Positions 9,968-20,020 of a DNA stretch of 64,000 bases are shown here, in pieces. Every line of letters begins with the position of its first letter. Position 1 is the stretch's first letter. The DNA comes from an uncultured Anaerolineaceae bacterium. Lineage in GTDB: Bacteria > Chloroflexota > Anaerolineae > Aggregatilineales > Phototrophicaceae. The translations under genes were made by a program, and so were the position numbers. The notes beneath the pieces were generated by a model. That model made no database searches. It saw only the letters and a program-made list of their open reading frames with translations, and was not told where the DNA came from. Where the stretch lies: contig CAZWCV010000002.1 in assembly GCA_964632725.1 (NCBI GenBank), forward strand, positions 17,317 to 81,316, given 5' to 3'.

Positions 9968-11011
9968 ATGTCCATTCGTGAGTTTATCGCGGCGGTTCCC
10001 AAAGTTGAGCTGAATTTGCAGCTGACCGGCGCTTTTCGCCGCGAAAGCCTGCTGATGATCGCGCATCAGAATGGCGTCCCGGCGCAACGCGACGACTTCG
10101 AGCAGTGGCTTGAGCTGCTTGATAGCCCCGACTACGCGCGCCTTGATGAGATCGCGCGCGAGGCGGGCAGCTGGGTGATGTATCCGGAAGACATTGCGCT
10201 GGTCGTGTATGACATGGGCCTGGCGCTTTCCAAGCAAAACGTCCACTATGCCGAAGTATCGGTGGCGCCGCCGGACTTCATCGGCTCGGCTCGCATGAAT
10301 TTCGACGCCTTCTTCGACGCGCTGAACGACGGCCGCGACCGCGTCCTGCGCGCCTGGAATGTCGAGCTTTCCTGGATTCTCTGCATCCCCTGGGACAATC
10401 CGCGCTCGGGCGACGATGTGGCCCGCTGGGCGACCGGCGCCGCCGCGAAACTGGGCAATGTCGTTGGCATGGGGCTCGTCGGGCCGGAAGGCGCGCAGCC
10501 GGTGGGGCAATACCGCCGCGCCTTCGACATGGCGCGCAAGAAGGAAATCTACACCATTGTAAACGCGGGCAGCGCACTGGGCGTTGCGGGAATCGAAGAC
10601 GCGCTTGCTGAACTATCGCCGCATCGCCTGACGGACTCCTGGGGCATAGCCGGGCACAAGGCGACGCGCGACCTTCTGGCGGAAAACAGCATCCCGATTG
10701 TGGTCTCTTTGCACCGGGCCCTGCGTCTGGGGCTTGCCAGGTCGGCGTCTGACTATCCCTTGCGACAGCTGCTGGACGGCGGCGTGCGGGTTCTGCTTTC
10801 GTCAGGCATGCCGTCGCTGCTTGGCGCGAATTTGGTCGACGAGTACGAACTGGCGCAAACAGCCTGTGGACTGGACATCGACGAGCTTGTTCAACTGATG
10901 CGCCAGTCTATTGAATGGTCCTTCCTTGATGCGGAGCGCAAGGAAAAGCTGCTGCTGCGCTTCGACCGGGAAGTGAAGACCGCGCGCCGCATGCTACTCG
11001 CAGACGATTGA
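9968..11011 (+). CDS. adenosine/AMP deaminase-fold protein with substituted catalytic motifs (probable pseudoenzyme)
   Basis: 347 aa. It opens PKVELNLQLTG, against the canonical PKVELHxHLDG. TIVNAGS replaces HAGE, RLTDSW replaces RIGHG, and LLSSGMPSL replaces NTDDP. The overall scaffold spacing is preserved. Confidence 0.7.
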   Translation: MSIREFIAAVPKVELNLQLTGAFRRESLLMIAHQNGVPAQRDDFEQWLELLDSPDYARLDEIAREAGSWVMYPEDIALVVYDMGLALSKQNVHYAEVSVAPPDFIGSARMNFDAFFDALNDGRDRVLRAWNVELSWILCIPWDNPRSGDDVARWATGAAAKLGNVVGMGLVGPEGAQPVGQYRRAFDMARKKEIYTIVNAGSALGVAGIEDALAELSPHRLTDSWGIAGHKATRDLLAENSIPIVVSLHRALRLGLARSASDYPLRQLLDGGVRVLLSSGMPSLLGANLVDEYELAQTACGLDIDELVQLMRQSIEWSFLDAERKEKLLLRFDREVKTARRMLLADD

Positions 11012-11037
11012 TTGAGGCAGCTCGCCCGGCAAGCAAC

Positions 11038-11475
11038 CTAGTCGACCGGCGTCACCGTAATATTGCCGAAGCCGCTGTCATCGATCGGCAGCGTGATCAG
11101 CAGCCGACTGCCGCTGTCCACTTTGGCGCGCGCCTCGTGCCCCTTCACCGGCACCGACAGTTCGACGTGCCGCGATACCGGGCCAAAGCGGCGCTCCTGC
11201 AGGAAGTAGCGGGCGTCGGTCGGCGTCGCTTCCGGTTCTGTTTGCATCGCTATCGTCAACACATTGGATTCCAGACTGATCTCGATGCTGTCCTTGACCA
11301 GTCCGTCGACCGCCTGCGTGCAAATGTGGAGCACGCCATCGGCCTCATACATATCGAGCGAGAGCTGTTCGGAACTGCTGGTCACGGTGCGGATGCCTTT
11401 TTCAACCGTCCTGGTGATTTGCTCGCCCAGATTCTGCAATTCTTTCATCGGGTCAAAACGTGATTCCTGTGTCAT
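11038..11475 (-). CDS. Hsp20/alpha-crystallin small heat-shock protein
   Basis: The alpha-crystallin domain pattern is present (DMYEADGVLHICTQAVDG...ISLESNVLTI...RRFGPVSRHVELSVPV). ATG at 11475 is preceded by GGGAG. The ORF is also open from 11487. A TATAAT on the minus strand lies at 11508-11513. Confidence 0.9.
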   Translation of the reverse strand: MTQESRFDPMKELQNLGEQITRTVEKGIRTVTSSSEQLSLDMYEADGVLHICTQAVDGLVKDSIEISLESNVLTIAMQTEPEATPTDARYFLQERRFGPVSRHVELSVPVKGHEARAKVDSGSRLLITLPIDDSGFGNITVTPVD

Positions 11476-11690
11476 GGGATCTCCCAATTGCTTGTCACTC
11501 CTGCAACATTATACGTAGTCCGCTGGATTTAGTCGCGAGCGAAAGGAGCTGACGCCGCGTCGCGGTTTGCGTTGCATTGCCGCCCGCATTCGCCGTCTCG
11601 ATACGGTAATTCGGGCGCAGGATCAAGTCTTTGCCAGCGCGGATGTTTTGGTTATGATTCGCCCGGTCCAAACGAGTAAGTGAGACAGCA

Positions 11691-12524
11691 ATGCCCAGAG
11701 TCGCATACCAGGGGATACCCGGCGCCAATTCGGAAATCGCGGTGCGGCAGCACTTCGGCAATGATGTGGAGACGAATCCCTGTCAGGACTTCATCCATCT
11801 TTTCGCAGCCTTGCAAGCCGACGAAGTCGACTTCAGTCTGCTGCCGGTCGAAAACGCCCTGGCCGGCTCCGTCAGCGGCGCCTACGAATTGCTGCTGGAT
11901 CATGACGTGCGCATCCAGGCCGAGGTGTTCTTCCATGTCCATCACGCCCTGCTGGCCAACCCGGAAACGACGCTTGATAATGTAAAGACCGTGCGCTCGC
12001 ATCCACAGGCTTTAATGCAATGTGAACGCTTCTTGCAGCGGCACGAAATGGAGTCGGTCGGCTGGTACGATACCGCCGGCGCCGCGAAAGACTTGTCGGA
12101 ATCTCCCCAGCCCGGCGTGGCGGTGATCGCCCCCAAACTGGCCGGCAAGTTATACGGGCTGAGCCTGCTGGCGGCCGATATCGAAGACGAACGTTTCAAC
12201 TATACGCGCTTTCTCGTGATGGGGCACGGCGACCCCGAGCCGGCCGACTACAACAAGACCTCCATCGTCTTTGCCACGCGCCACCGGCCGGCGGCGCTCT
12301 ACGAATGCCTGGGCGAATTCGCCAAGCGCGACTTGAATCTGACCAAGCTGGAATCGCGTCCGCGGCGCAACCGCCCCTGGGAGCCGCTCTTCTATCTCGA
12401 TTTCGAGGGTCACTGGCAAGAGCCGCGCTGCCAGGAACTGCTGACGCAATTGCTGCAATTGACCTCGTTCGTGAAAATGTTAGGCTCGTACCCGGCCGTT
12501 CGTTCCGGAAGCGTGGGTATGTAA
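11691..12524 (+). CDS. pheA: prephenate dehydratase
   Basis: 277 aa. It shows the N-terminal VAYQGIPGANSE, an NYTRFLV motif and an ACT domain LTKLESRPRR...FYLDFEGH. Confidence 0.9.
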   Translation: MPRVAYQGIPGANSEIAVRQHFGNDVETNPCQDFIHLFAALQADEVDFSLLPVENALAGSVSGAYELLLDHDVRIQAEVFFHVHHALLANPETTLDNVKTVRSHPQALMQCERFLQRHEMESVGWYDTAGAAKDLSESPQPGVAVIAPKLAGKLYGLSLLAADIEDERFNYTRFLVMGHGDPEPADYNKTSIVFATRHRPAALYECLGEFAKRDLNLTKLESRPRRNRPWEPLFYLDFEGHWQEPRCQELLTQLLQLTSFVKMLGSYPAVRSGSVGM

Positions 12525-12538
12525 AGCAGGAGATTCAC

Positions 12539-13627
12539 ATGCACAAACTCAATGTCGCCATCCTGGGCGCGACCGGCGCCGTCGGCCAGCGCTTCATTCA
12601 GTTGCTTGAGAACCATCCCTGGTTCCAGGTGGCCGAGGTCATCGGCTCAAGCCGCAGCGCCGGCAAGCGCTATGGCGAGGCCGCGCGCTGGGTGCTGGAC
12701 GGCAACCCGCCGGCTAGGATGACGGACATGATTGTCGGCGCCCTTGACGACGAGATCGAGTCGCCCCTGGTGTTTTCGGCGCTGCCCAAAGAAGCGGCGC
12801 GGCTACGCGAACTGGAGCTGGCGGGCCTCGGGCATGTTGTTTGCACTAATGCCTCGGCCAATCGCATGTTGGCGGACGTGCCGCTGCTGCTGCCGGAAGT
12901 CAATGCCGAGCATGTCGACCTCATCAGTGTCCAGCGCGCTGAGCGCGGCTGGAGCAGCGGGGCTTTGGTCGCCAATTCCAATTGCACCGTAATGCCGGTT
13001 GTGATGTCGCTCAAACCTCTGCTGAAATATGGCATTCGCAAGCTGCATCTGGTCAGCGAACAAGCTGTGAGCGGCGCCGGCTATCCCGGCGTCTCTTCCA
13101 TGGATATGATCGACAATATCATCCCCTACGTGCCGGGCGATGAAGACAAGATGGAGTCGGAATCGCGCAAGATGCTGGGCCGCTTTGATGGCGAGCGCAT
13201 CGTCCACTTGACCAGCACGGTAAGCGCGACCTGCACGCGCGTGCCGGTATTGGACGGGCATCTGGTGAATATCTCGCTCGAACTCGCGGAGCGGCCGCCG
13301 CTGTCGGATATTGTCGAGGATTGGGAGACCTGCCAGGCCGCGCCACCCGTGCCGGATTTGCCCAGCGCGCCGGACTACCCACTGCAATACTTGCAGCAGA
13401 TTGATCGGCCGCAGCCGCGCCGTGACCGGCATGCCGGCGCCGGCATGATGACCAGCATCGGCCGTTTGCGGGAGTGCCCGGTGCTCGGCTACAAGTTCGC
13501 CGCCCTGTCGCATAATACTGTCCGCGGCGCCGCCGGCTGCAGCATATTGAACGCTGAGCTGATGGCCGTTAAAGGCTACATCGACGGTTTCAGGGTGGGG
13601 CGGGCAGCGGCTGCGCTGGCGCAGTAG
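12539..13627 (+). CDS. asd: aspartate-semialdehyde dehydrogenase
   Basis: MHKLNVAILGATGAVGQRF (NAD(P) binding) and the active-site region SNCTVM are present. ATG at 12539 is preceded by AGGAG (12528-12532). The longer ORF from 12305 overlaps pheA and is rejected. Confidence 0.92.
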   Translation: MHKLNVAILGATGAVGQRFIQLLENHPWFQVAEVIGSSRSAGKRYGEAARWVLDGNPPARMTDMIVGALDDEIESPLVFSALPKEAARLRELELAGLGHVVCTNASANRMLADVPLLLPEVNAEHVDLISVQRAERGWSSGALVANSNCTVMPVVMSLKPLLKYGIRKLHLVSEQAVSGAGYPGVSSMDMIDNIIPYVPGDEDKMESESRKMLGRFDGERIVHLTSTVSATCTRVPVLDGHLVNISLELAERPPLSDIVEDWETCQAAPPVPDLPSAPDYPLQYLQQIDRPQPRRDRHAGAGMMTSIGRLRECPVLGYKFAALSHNTVRGAAGCSILNAELMAVKGYIDGFRVGRAAAALAQ

Positions 13628-13636
13628 GCCGGCAGT

Positions 13637-14671
13637 CTAGTCGTAAGCGCCGCTTGAGTAGACGTATACGGCGGGACCGACATAATCGCCATTGCTCCAG
13701 TCGTATTCGCTGCGCGCCCATTCAAACAGCCAGTGCGCGTCCGTGACGGTCATATTGACGCAGCCGTGACTGCGGCGAAAGCCGAAGCCATCGTGCCAGT
13801 AGGCGCCATGCAGCGCAATCTGGTCGTCATAGAACATCGTCCAGGGCACTTCCTGCAAGTAATAAAAGTCCGGCTGGTTATGCGCGCCGCTCATTTGCTT
13901 GCGTGTGAAGCGCACGTAAACATGGAAGACGCCCTCGTTCGTGGGCCACTCCGCCAGGCCGGATGAGATCAGCGTGGCGAATACCGGCGTCTCGTCTTCG
14001 TAGGCGATGGCGACCTGTTCGTAGAGATCGACGCTGATCCACTTGTGCGTGTCCACTTCGGCCGGCCGTTCAACCGGCAGGATCTTCGCGACCTTGAACT
14101 GATGCACCCATTGGTCAACGCCGATCTGATACCAGTCATAGCCATCTACCGTAACCGTGTCGTAGATGTAGACGCGCGTGTAGCGATAGCGGAAGGGGTT
14201 ATCGGGCGCTTCGGGGCCGCCGGGCGTCTTGGCGCCGTGCAGATGGCGCAGCGTCCAGGCGACGGTGAAGGGCAGGGCCTCAGGCGTCGGCAAGAGCGCG
14301 CCAGCAAAACGCGATGGCGTCACGCTTTCACTGAGCAAGTCCGTCCGCACCCATTGCTCCTCGCCGATGCGCGTCCATTCGCCATGCTGTTCGACAACCG
14401 TTACAAAGGTGTAACCCGCTCCGTAACTTTCGCTGTCTACACTGTTTGGCGAGCTATGTATAGAAAATGCGCCTTCGATTTGCCGATAGTCGCGGTCGCC
14501 GATCAAGCTTTCGTCGACTTCGAGCGCGCGAACGTTAGGCCAGCGATTCGCCTCTATCGTTTGGTCGTCAATGCCACAGCCGGACGGCAAGCAGGTGGTC
14601 TGGGCCAGCGCGCCCGCGCAGGTCATCAACAGAAGCGCGGAACAGAGTAGCATTCGCAAATGATTACGCAT
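13637..14671 (-). CDS. L,D-transpeptidase (YkuD domain) with signal peptide
   Basis: 344 aa. The N-terminal signal is LLCSALLLMTCAGALAQ. The C-terminal catalytic motif FRRSHGCVNM is typical of YkuD L,D-transpeptidases. Confidence 0.85.
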   Translation of the reverse strand: MRNHLRMLLCSALLLMTCAGALAQTTCLPSGCGIDDQTIEANRWPNVRALEVDESLIGDRDYRQIEGAFSIHSSPNSVDSESYGAGYTFVTVVEQHGEWTRIGEEQWVRTDLLSESVTPSRFAGALLPTPEALPFTVAWTLRHLHGAKTPGGPEAPDNPFRYRYTRVYIYDTVTVDGYDWYQIGVDQWVHQFKVAKILPVERPAEVDTHKWISVDLYEQVAIAYEDETPVFATLISSGLAEWPTNEGVFHVYVRFTRKQMSGAHNQPDFYYLQEVPWTMFYDDQIALHGAYWHDGFGFRRSHGCVNMTVTDAHWLFEWARSEYDWSNGDYVGPAVYVYSSGAYD

Positions 14672-14899
14672 ATCAAAATCTCGCCCTTACCGGTCTGCTA
14701 TCCATTTAACCCGAGAACCGCGCCGTGTTCAAGCCGGTTCCCTCGCAAGCAGCCTGATCGCATAAGAATCGTAGGCTTCGTCAGATTAGCTGCGGACGCT
14801 ATACGATTGCGGTATCTATCTTTCCAAGGATTACGCCACTGGACCGGGAGTCATTATGGTAAAATCGCGGCGACCAATCGCAAGGGCAAAGGACAGGTT

Positions 14900-15637
14900 A
14901 TGAAAATGCTCGGCATTGATATCGGCGGATCGGGGATCAAAGGCGCCATCGTCGACACCGAAACAGGCAAGTTCGCCACTGATCGGTTGCGCATTGACAC
15001 GCCGCAGCCGGCCAAACCCGCGCCTGTTGCCGATATCGTGGCCGAGATCGCGGCTCAATTCCAGTGGCGCGCCGCCATTGGCTGCACCTTCCCGGCAGTT
15101 GTCCAGCATGGCGTGACCATGACCGCCGCCAATGTGGACGATGAATGGCTCGGAACTGACGCGAGACAGGTATTCGAGAGCCGCACGGGCAATCCAGTAG
15201 TCGTCCTCAATGACGCCGACGCCGCCGGCATCGCCGAAATGCGCTTCGGCGCCGGTCATGGCCAGGCAGGCTTGGTCGTGATTCTGACGCTGGGCACAGG
15301 CGTTGGCAGTTCGCTATTCATCGACGGCCATCTGGTACCGAATACGGAGTTCGGCCACCTGGTCATTCGCGGCAAAGCTGCCGAACTCCGCACCGCCGAC
15401 CGCGCCCGGCAAACCAAAGGTTACAGCTGGAAACGCTGGGCCAGAGCCCTGTCGGAACACCTGCAATATCTCGAATTCCTGATCTCTCCCGATCTATTCA
15501 TCATCGGCGGCGGCGTCAGCAAAAAGTCGGGGAAGTTTCTGCCGCTGATTGACTGCAAGACGCAGATCGTGCCGGCGCAATTGCGAAACCGCGCCGGTAT
15601 CGTCGGCGCCGCCCTGGCCGCCGCAGACCTGGCCTGA
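14900..15637 (+). CDS. ppgK: ROK-family polyphosphate/ATP glucokinase
   Basis: MKMLGIDIGGSGIKGAIVD (ROK/ASKHA phosphate-1 motif), LNDADAAG, and GTGVGS are present. ATG at 14900 is chosen; the ORF track extension to 14660 has no homology-like sequence. Confidence 0.85.
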   Translation: MKMLGIDIGGSGIKGAIVDTETGKFATDRLRIDTPQPAKPAPVADIVAEIAAQFQWRAAIGCTFPAVVQHGVTMTAANVDDEWLGTDARQVFESRTGNPVVVLNDADAAGIAEMRFGAGHGQAGLVVILTLGTGVGSSLFIDGHLVPNTEFGHLVIRGKAAELRTADRARQTKGYSWKRWARALSEHLQYLEFLISPDLFIIGGGVSKKSGKFLPLIDCKTQIVPAQLRNRAGIVGAALAAADLA

Positions 15638-15654
15638 GCGTGTGCAACAGCTGT

Positions 15655-16158
15655 CTATTTGTCTTCGGTGGGCTGAAAGACACCCCATTGCCGGTTGTGG
15701 TAGAGCAGCGGCAGCTTGTCGTCGGTCCAGCCGCCCTGCGCGACGCGGCCGATGAACATGGTATTTTCGCCCATGTCCAGGGAATGCTCGACCGTACACG
15801 AAAGCCAGGCCATCGCCTCGGGAATGATGGGGTCTCCCAAGTCGGTAAGCGCGCAGCCCAGGCCATCGAATCGGTTTTCAAGCCGGTCGTCAAAGTAGCC
15901 GGCGAAACGCTTGCCCAGCTCAAGCTGCCGGTCCGAAAGAATACTGACAGCGAAATGACCTTCGTCAGCCATGTACTCGCGCGTATCCAGGCGATTGGCG
16001 ATATTCAGGCAGACCAGTGGCGGTTCCATGCTGACGCTGGCGAAAGAATTAACCGTTATGGCTTGCCAGTCGTCGTCCGAGTTTACACTTACGATCGTTA
16101 TTCCGGCTGTCCAGCAAGCGAGTATATTCTTGAAACTCTGACCGTCGATTTCGCTCAT
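15655..16158 (-). CDS. flavin reductase-like FMN-binding domain protein
   Basis: About 167 aa. FKNILACWTAGITIVS...ITVNSFASVSMEPPLVCLNI is typical of the flavin reductase family. ATG at 16158 is preceded by AAGGA. Confidence 0.85.
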   Translation of the reverse strand: MSEIDGQSFKNILACWTAGITIVSVNSDDDWQAITVNSFASVSMEPPLVCLNIANRLDTREYMADEGHFAVSILSDRQLELGKRFAGYFDDRLENRFDGLGCALTDLGDPIIPEAMAWLSCTVEHSLDMGENTMFIGRVAQGGWTDDKLPLLYHNRQWGVFQPTEDK

Positions 16159-16290
16159 CACACCGTCCTTTCCGATGGCGTCATTTTAACGGGAAGACCC
16201 CGGTTTGGCACGAGCAAAACTCTCGGGATGCGCGCAAATCGCAGCCATGTACAATGGTGTATAAACCTCGCGGTAAAAAGAAGGCGCCAC

Positions 16291-16620
16291 ATGCAATCCG
16301 AACTGCCGGAATTTCGACCCGTTAAAAGAGCCTACGCAGCCCGACTCCTTCACAGCGCGCTGTCGAATGAGCGCGGCGCCGCCTTGCTCGAGCTCATCGA
16401 ATACGACGATCGCCACTATCGCGCCGTGTTTGCCGCCAGTTATTTCCAGCCGGCGGCGGGCCATGACGGCCCCAGCAAGTCGCAATGGAATACGCTCAAG
16501 AAGAAGCTCAAGCGGCGCGACCGGTCAATCTTCATCTATCGCGAACATGGAATACTGCAGGAGTCGGCTGCCGGGAAGACGCCCAGGTATTTCCTGGATT
16601 TCGGCTTCATGCGCTTCTGA
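16291..16620 (+). CDS. hypothetical small basic protein
   Basis: 109-aa ORF (MQSELPEFRPVK...KKKLKRRDRSIFIYREHG). It is the only non-shadow coding potential in this gap. No family was recognised. Confidence 0.4.
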   Translation: MQSELPEFRPVKRAYAARLLHSALSNERGAALLELIEYDDRHYRAVFAASYFQPAAGHDGPSKSQWNTLKKKLKRRDRSIFIYREHGILQESAAGKTPRYFLDFGFMRF

Positions 16621-16637
16621 GGCGGCGCGCAGACCAG

Positions 16638-17363
16638 TCACTTCCTGAAATCGATGAAACGATAGCCGACGCCGCGCTCGGTGATGATATAACGCGGATC
16701 CGCCGGGTCATCTTCGATTTTCTCGCGCAGGTAATTCACGTACAGGCGCACATAATGGGCTTCGTCGCGGTATTCGTAGCCCCAGACCTTCTGCAGCAGT
16801 TGATCGTGCGGCACGGTCCAGCCGGCGTTGCGGATCAAGTGATAGAGCAGCCGATACTCGGTCGGGCGAAGCTTGACGCTTTCGCCGGCGACGATAACCG
16901 CGCGCTGATTGAAATCCACGCTAAGCCGTTCGTCGATGCGCAGAATCGCGTCCTCGGTCGTGGGCTTTTCCAGCCGACGAAATATCGCTTTGATTCGACT
17001 CGAGAGTTCGCGCGGGCCAAAGGGTTTGGTGATATAGTCGTCCGCGCCCAGCTCCAGGCCGTAGACCTTGTCATTTTCCTCGCCCTTGGCCGTCAGCATA
17101 ATGACCGGAATATCCGAGAACTCGCGCAGCATTCTTAATGTCTCGAAGCCGTCGAGTTCCGGCATCATCACGTCCAGCAGCACCAGGTCGGGCAGCTGCG
17201 TGCGGATAGCGTCCAGCGCTTCCAGGCCGTTGTGCGCTTCGACAACGCGATGGTCCTCGAGTTCAAGATTCATGCGAATGAAGCCAATCATGCGCGGTTC
17301 GTCATCCACGACCAGGATGACCTTGCCTTGTCGCCTGGAACTGATACCTGCATTCGAGATCAT
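16638..17363 (-). CDS. OmpR/PhoB-family response regulator
   Basis: 241 aa. The receiver domain has VVDDE, the acceptor LLDVMMP, MLTAKG and ITKPF. The C-terminal winged-helix region reads [12 protein letters not shown]...VGYRF. Confidence 0.92.
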   Translation of the reverse strand: MISNAGISSRRQGKVILVVDDEPRMIGFIRMNLELEDHRVVEAHNGLEALDAIRTQLPDLVLLDVMMPELDGFETLRMLREFSDIPVIMLTAKGEENDKVYGLELGADDYITKPFGPRELSSRIKAIFRRLEKPTTEDAILRIDERLSVDFNQRAVIVAGESVKLRPTEYRLLYHLIRNAGWTVPHDQLLQKVWGYEYRDEAHYVRLYVNYLREKIEDDPADPRYIITERGVGYRFIDFRK

Positions 17364-17404
17364 TGCGCGCTCCGGATTCTGGCGGCAGGGGACGGCGCAG
17401 CCGA

Positions 17405-18544
17405 CTAGGCGAATGAGCCGCCGCCGGGCGCCTGAAAAACAATTACCGATATATTGTCGGCCCCGCCGCGATCATTGGCTAACTTGACCAGGTTGTCACA
17501 AGCCTCCTGCGGCGAGGACGCTTGCTGGGCAACTTGCTTGATGGTGTCGTCTTCGATCATGTCCCAGAGGCCGTCGGTGCAAATGAGTACGCGCCCCGAT
17601 GGCGGCAGCGCGCGCACCATTCGCTCCATTTTCAGTTCTTCATTCTGGCCAATGGCGCGGTAAAGCACATTCTTCTGCGGATAATTCTCGGCTTCTTCCG
17701 GCGTCAACTCCTTCATCTCCAGCAGGCGCTGCACCAGGGTATGGTCGGTCGTGAGCTGTTCAATCGTATTTTCGTGAATGAGATAGGCGCGGCTGTCGCC
17801 GACATGCGCCAGGTAAGCCAGATTGCCGATGACGGCGACGGCAGAAAGCGTCGTGCCCCCACCCGGCACACCTTTGATTACAGCGCGATTGGCCTTTTCA
17901 GACGCGGAGACCAGCGCCTCAAGCACCGTCGGGCTGTCGCCGGCGTTGAAGTTGCGCAGCAGGGGCACGTAGATCTTGTCCAGCATTTCCGACGCCAGCG
18001 TCCGCACAGCGATACCGGCTGCGCGCTCGCCATCCAGGTGCCCGCCCATGCCATCGGCGATTGCGAACAAGCCGAAATCGGGGCGGTTGTCGACCGTTAT
18101 AGAATGCCACTGCATGCCGAAGCAGGCGTCTTCGTTATTGTTGCGCATCAGGCCAACATCGCTGGCGATGCCGTATGTCAGCGCTTGCCGCTGCCGAGTC
18201 AGAATCGGTTTGGGCGCGGGCGGCAGCGCTCGTTTGGGCGCCGGCGGGTCTTGCGCTACAGTCTCGGCTTGGCGCGTCGCTTCCGGCGTGGACTCTTGAA
18301 CTTTCGGCGAAGCGAGCTCCGCTTCGGTCTCATGTTCAACCGGCGCGACCGGCGCCAACTCAGCGGTTTCGACCCTGGACGCCGGCTCGTCTTCCTCCGG
18401 CTGCGGTTCGGGCGCTGGAGCTTCTCGAATCGGCGTGACCGCCCGCTGCGAGCGGGCAGGCGTGACATGGGAGGCGCGCCGCGATAATGAGGAACCGCCA
18501 GTGTCTTGACTGGGTCTACCAAGTAGCCTGCGGAGAAGATTCAT
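17405..18544 (-). CDS. PP2C-family Ser/Thr protein phosphatase with disordered Pro/Glu/Ala-rich N-terminus
   Basis: 379 aa. PP2C motifs are present: [24 protein letters not shown] and [10 protein letters not shown]. The first roughly 125 aa are low-complexity. Confidence 0.88.
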   Translation of the reverse strand: MNLLRRLLGRPSQDTGGSSLSRRASHVTPARSQRAVTPIREAPAPEPQPEEDEPASRVETAELAPVAPVEHETEAELASPKVQESTPEATRQAETVAQDPPAPKRALPPAPKPILTRQRQALTYGIASDVGLMRNNNEDACFGMQWHSITVDNRPDFGLFAIADGMGGHLDGERAAGIAVRTLASEMLDKIYVPLLRNFNAGDSPTVLEALVSASEKANRAVIKGVPGGGTTLSAVAVIGNLAYLAHVGDSRAYLIHENTIEQLTTDHTLVQRLLEMKELTPEEAENYPQKNVLYRAIGQNEELKMERMVRALPPSGRVLICTDGLWDMIEDDTIKQVAQQASSPQEACDNLVKLANDRGGADNISVIVFQAPGGGSFA

Positions 18545-18603
18545 TTATTCTGCCTGCCGGGCATCTGCGCAATCGCAGGGAGTGTCTCGCCGTCAATAAC
18601 AAC

Positions 18604-18632
18604 TTGCACAATTATATTTTACCAAGTAGATT
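18604..18632 (+). promoter_or_regulatory. putative promoter (TTGCAC-17 nt-TAGATT) upstream of hemW
   Basis: The hexamers lie at 18604-18609 and 18627-18632 in an AT-rich patch of the divergent intergenic region. The call rests on a consensus match only. Confidence 0.3.
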
Positions 18633-18666
18633 GGCGCAATCATTGCCTGGCGCGACTGGCCTTAGA

Positions 18667-19881
18667 ATGCAGCTTCCAAGCTCGCCGCTCTCCATTTACC
18701 TGCACATTCCCTTCTGCAGTACACGCTGCAGCTACTGCGCCTTCAACACTTATACCGATCTCGCGCATTTGATGCCCGCCTACGTTGACGCCCTATGCAG
18801 TGAAATTAGCGCTGTCGCGGACGCCGCTCCCAAGCGCGAGCTGCAGACCGTCTATGTCGGCGGGGGCACGCCGTCGCTGCTGACGCCGCTACATTTCGAG
18901 CGCCTGCTGGAGCGTCTGTACGATGGCTTCGACATCAACTCAACCTGCGAGATCTCGCTGGAAGCCAATCCGGACGACCTCGCCGTCGATTATTTGCGTT
19001 CGCTGCGGGCGCTGGGTTTCAACCGCCTGAGCATCGGCATGCAATCCGCGAATCCTGAGATCTTGCGTCTCTTTGATCGGCAGCACGATGTGGACGCGGT
19101 CGCGAACGCCATGGCTGCCGCCCGCAGCGCGAATTTCGACAATGTCAATCTGGATGTCATCTTTGGTTCGCCCGGCGAGTCCCTGTCAAATTGGGCGGAC
19201 ACGGTCGCTGCCGTCCTTGACTTTGCGCCCGATCACGTATCAATGTATGGACTGGAGCTGAAAGGCGGCACGGAGCTGCGACAGCAAGTGGACGCGGGCG
19301 AATTGCCCCAACCTGACGATGACGACTTTGCCGACATGTACGAATTCGCGTCCGAGACACTGGAGCGCGCCGGCTATCAGCAGTACGAAATCAGCAACTG
19401 GCGCCGCCCTGGAAAAGCGTGCCGGCATAATCTGCAGTACTGGCGCAATCTGCCCTATTTAGGGCTGGGCGCCGGCGCGCATGGTTTCGCCGGCGGCTAC
19501 CGCTACTCGACCATCACCTCACCGCAGCGCTATGTAGAATCCTTGAGCGAGCCGCCGTCCGCCGCATTGGACTTTCCGCTTACGCCGGCCGTCGCCAAGG
19601 CCACGCCCGTCGACCGGCCGTCCGACCTCTACGATACGATCATGATGGGCTTGCGCCTGACCTGCGAAGGCATCGATCGCTCGCGTTTTGCGCAGCGATT
19701 TGGCCAGGACTTCGTGGCCATGTTTCCGGAGGCAGTCGAGCGGCTGGCGTCGCTGGGAATGCTGGAAGCCCACGCCGACCGGGTGCGCTTGAGCCCGGCT
19801 GGCCGCTTGCTCAGCAATAGCGTGATCCGCGAATTTGTCGCGGGCATTAGCCCGGAAGGCCTGTCCGTAACGGGTGGATAG
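18667..19881 (+). CDS. hemW: radical SAM heme chaperone HemW (coproporphyrinogen III oxidase-like)
   Basis: LSIYLHIPFCSTRCSYCAFNTY carries the CxxxCxxC radical SAM motif. VYVGGGTPS and a HemN_C-like tail follow. ATG at 18667 is chosen. Confidence 0.9.
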   Translation: MQLPSSPLSIYLHIPFCSTRCSYCAFNTYTDLAHLMPAYVDALCSEISAVADAAPKRELQTVYVGGGTPSLLTPLHFERLLERLYDGFDINSTCEISLEANPDDLAVDYLRSLRALGFNRLSIGMQSANPEILRLFDRQHDVDAVANAMAAARSANFDNVNLDVIFGSPGESLSNWADTVAAVLDFAPDHVSMYGLELKGGTELRQQVDAGELPQPDDDDFADMYEFASETLERAGYQQYEISNWRRPGKACRHNLQYWRNLPYLGLGAGAHGFAGGYRYSTITSPQRYVESLSEPPSAALDFPLTPAVAKATPVDRPSDLYDTIMMGLRLTCEGIDRSRFAQRFGQDFVAMFPEAVERLASLGMLEAHADRVRLSPAGRLLSNSVIREFVAGISPEGLSVTGG

Positions 19882-20020
19882 CGACATCACCCGCTCGTCT
19901 TCACGATAGAATCGGCGTCATTCTTCCCATGCGCGACTCTATTGCCGCCCCGCCACGGCCGATCGCCGTTACGCTTGAACCGTGACAGCCCACCCCCCGT
20001 TCTCGCAGATTTCCGGCCCA

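Noticed and set aside
11488-11690. Possible attenuator or leader peptide upstream of pheA
   Set aside because: There is no Phe-rich short ORF and no terminator/antiterminator pair. The region also has to house the divergent hsp20 promoter (TATAAT at 11508-11513 on the minus strand).
12305-12538. N-terminal extensions offered by the ORF track. These are asd from 12305, ppgK from 14660, hemW from 18487, fabF to 37952, mvaD to 53891, UbiA from 53362, and the 15640-16290 part of ORF 15640-16620.
   Set aside because: The extensions overlap neighbouring well-supported genes or are low-complexity Arg/Pro/Ser-rich. Conserved N-termini with RBS-like sequences or coupled start/stop overlaps occur at the internal starts.
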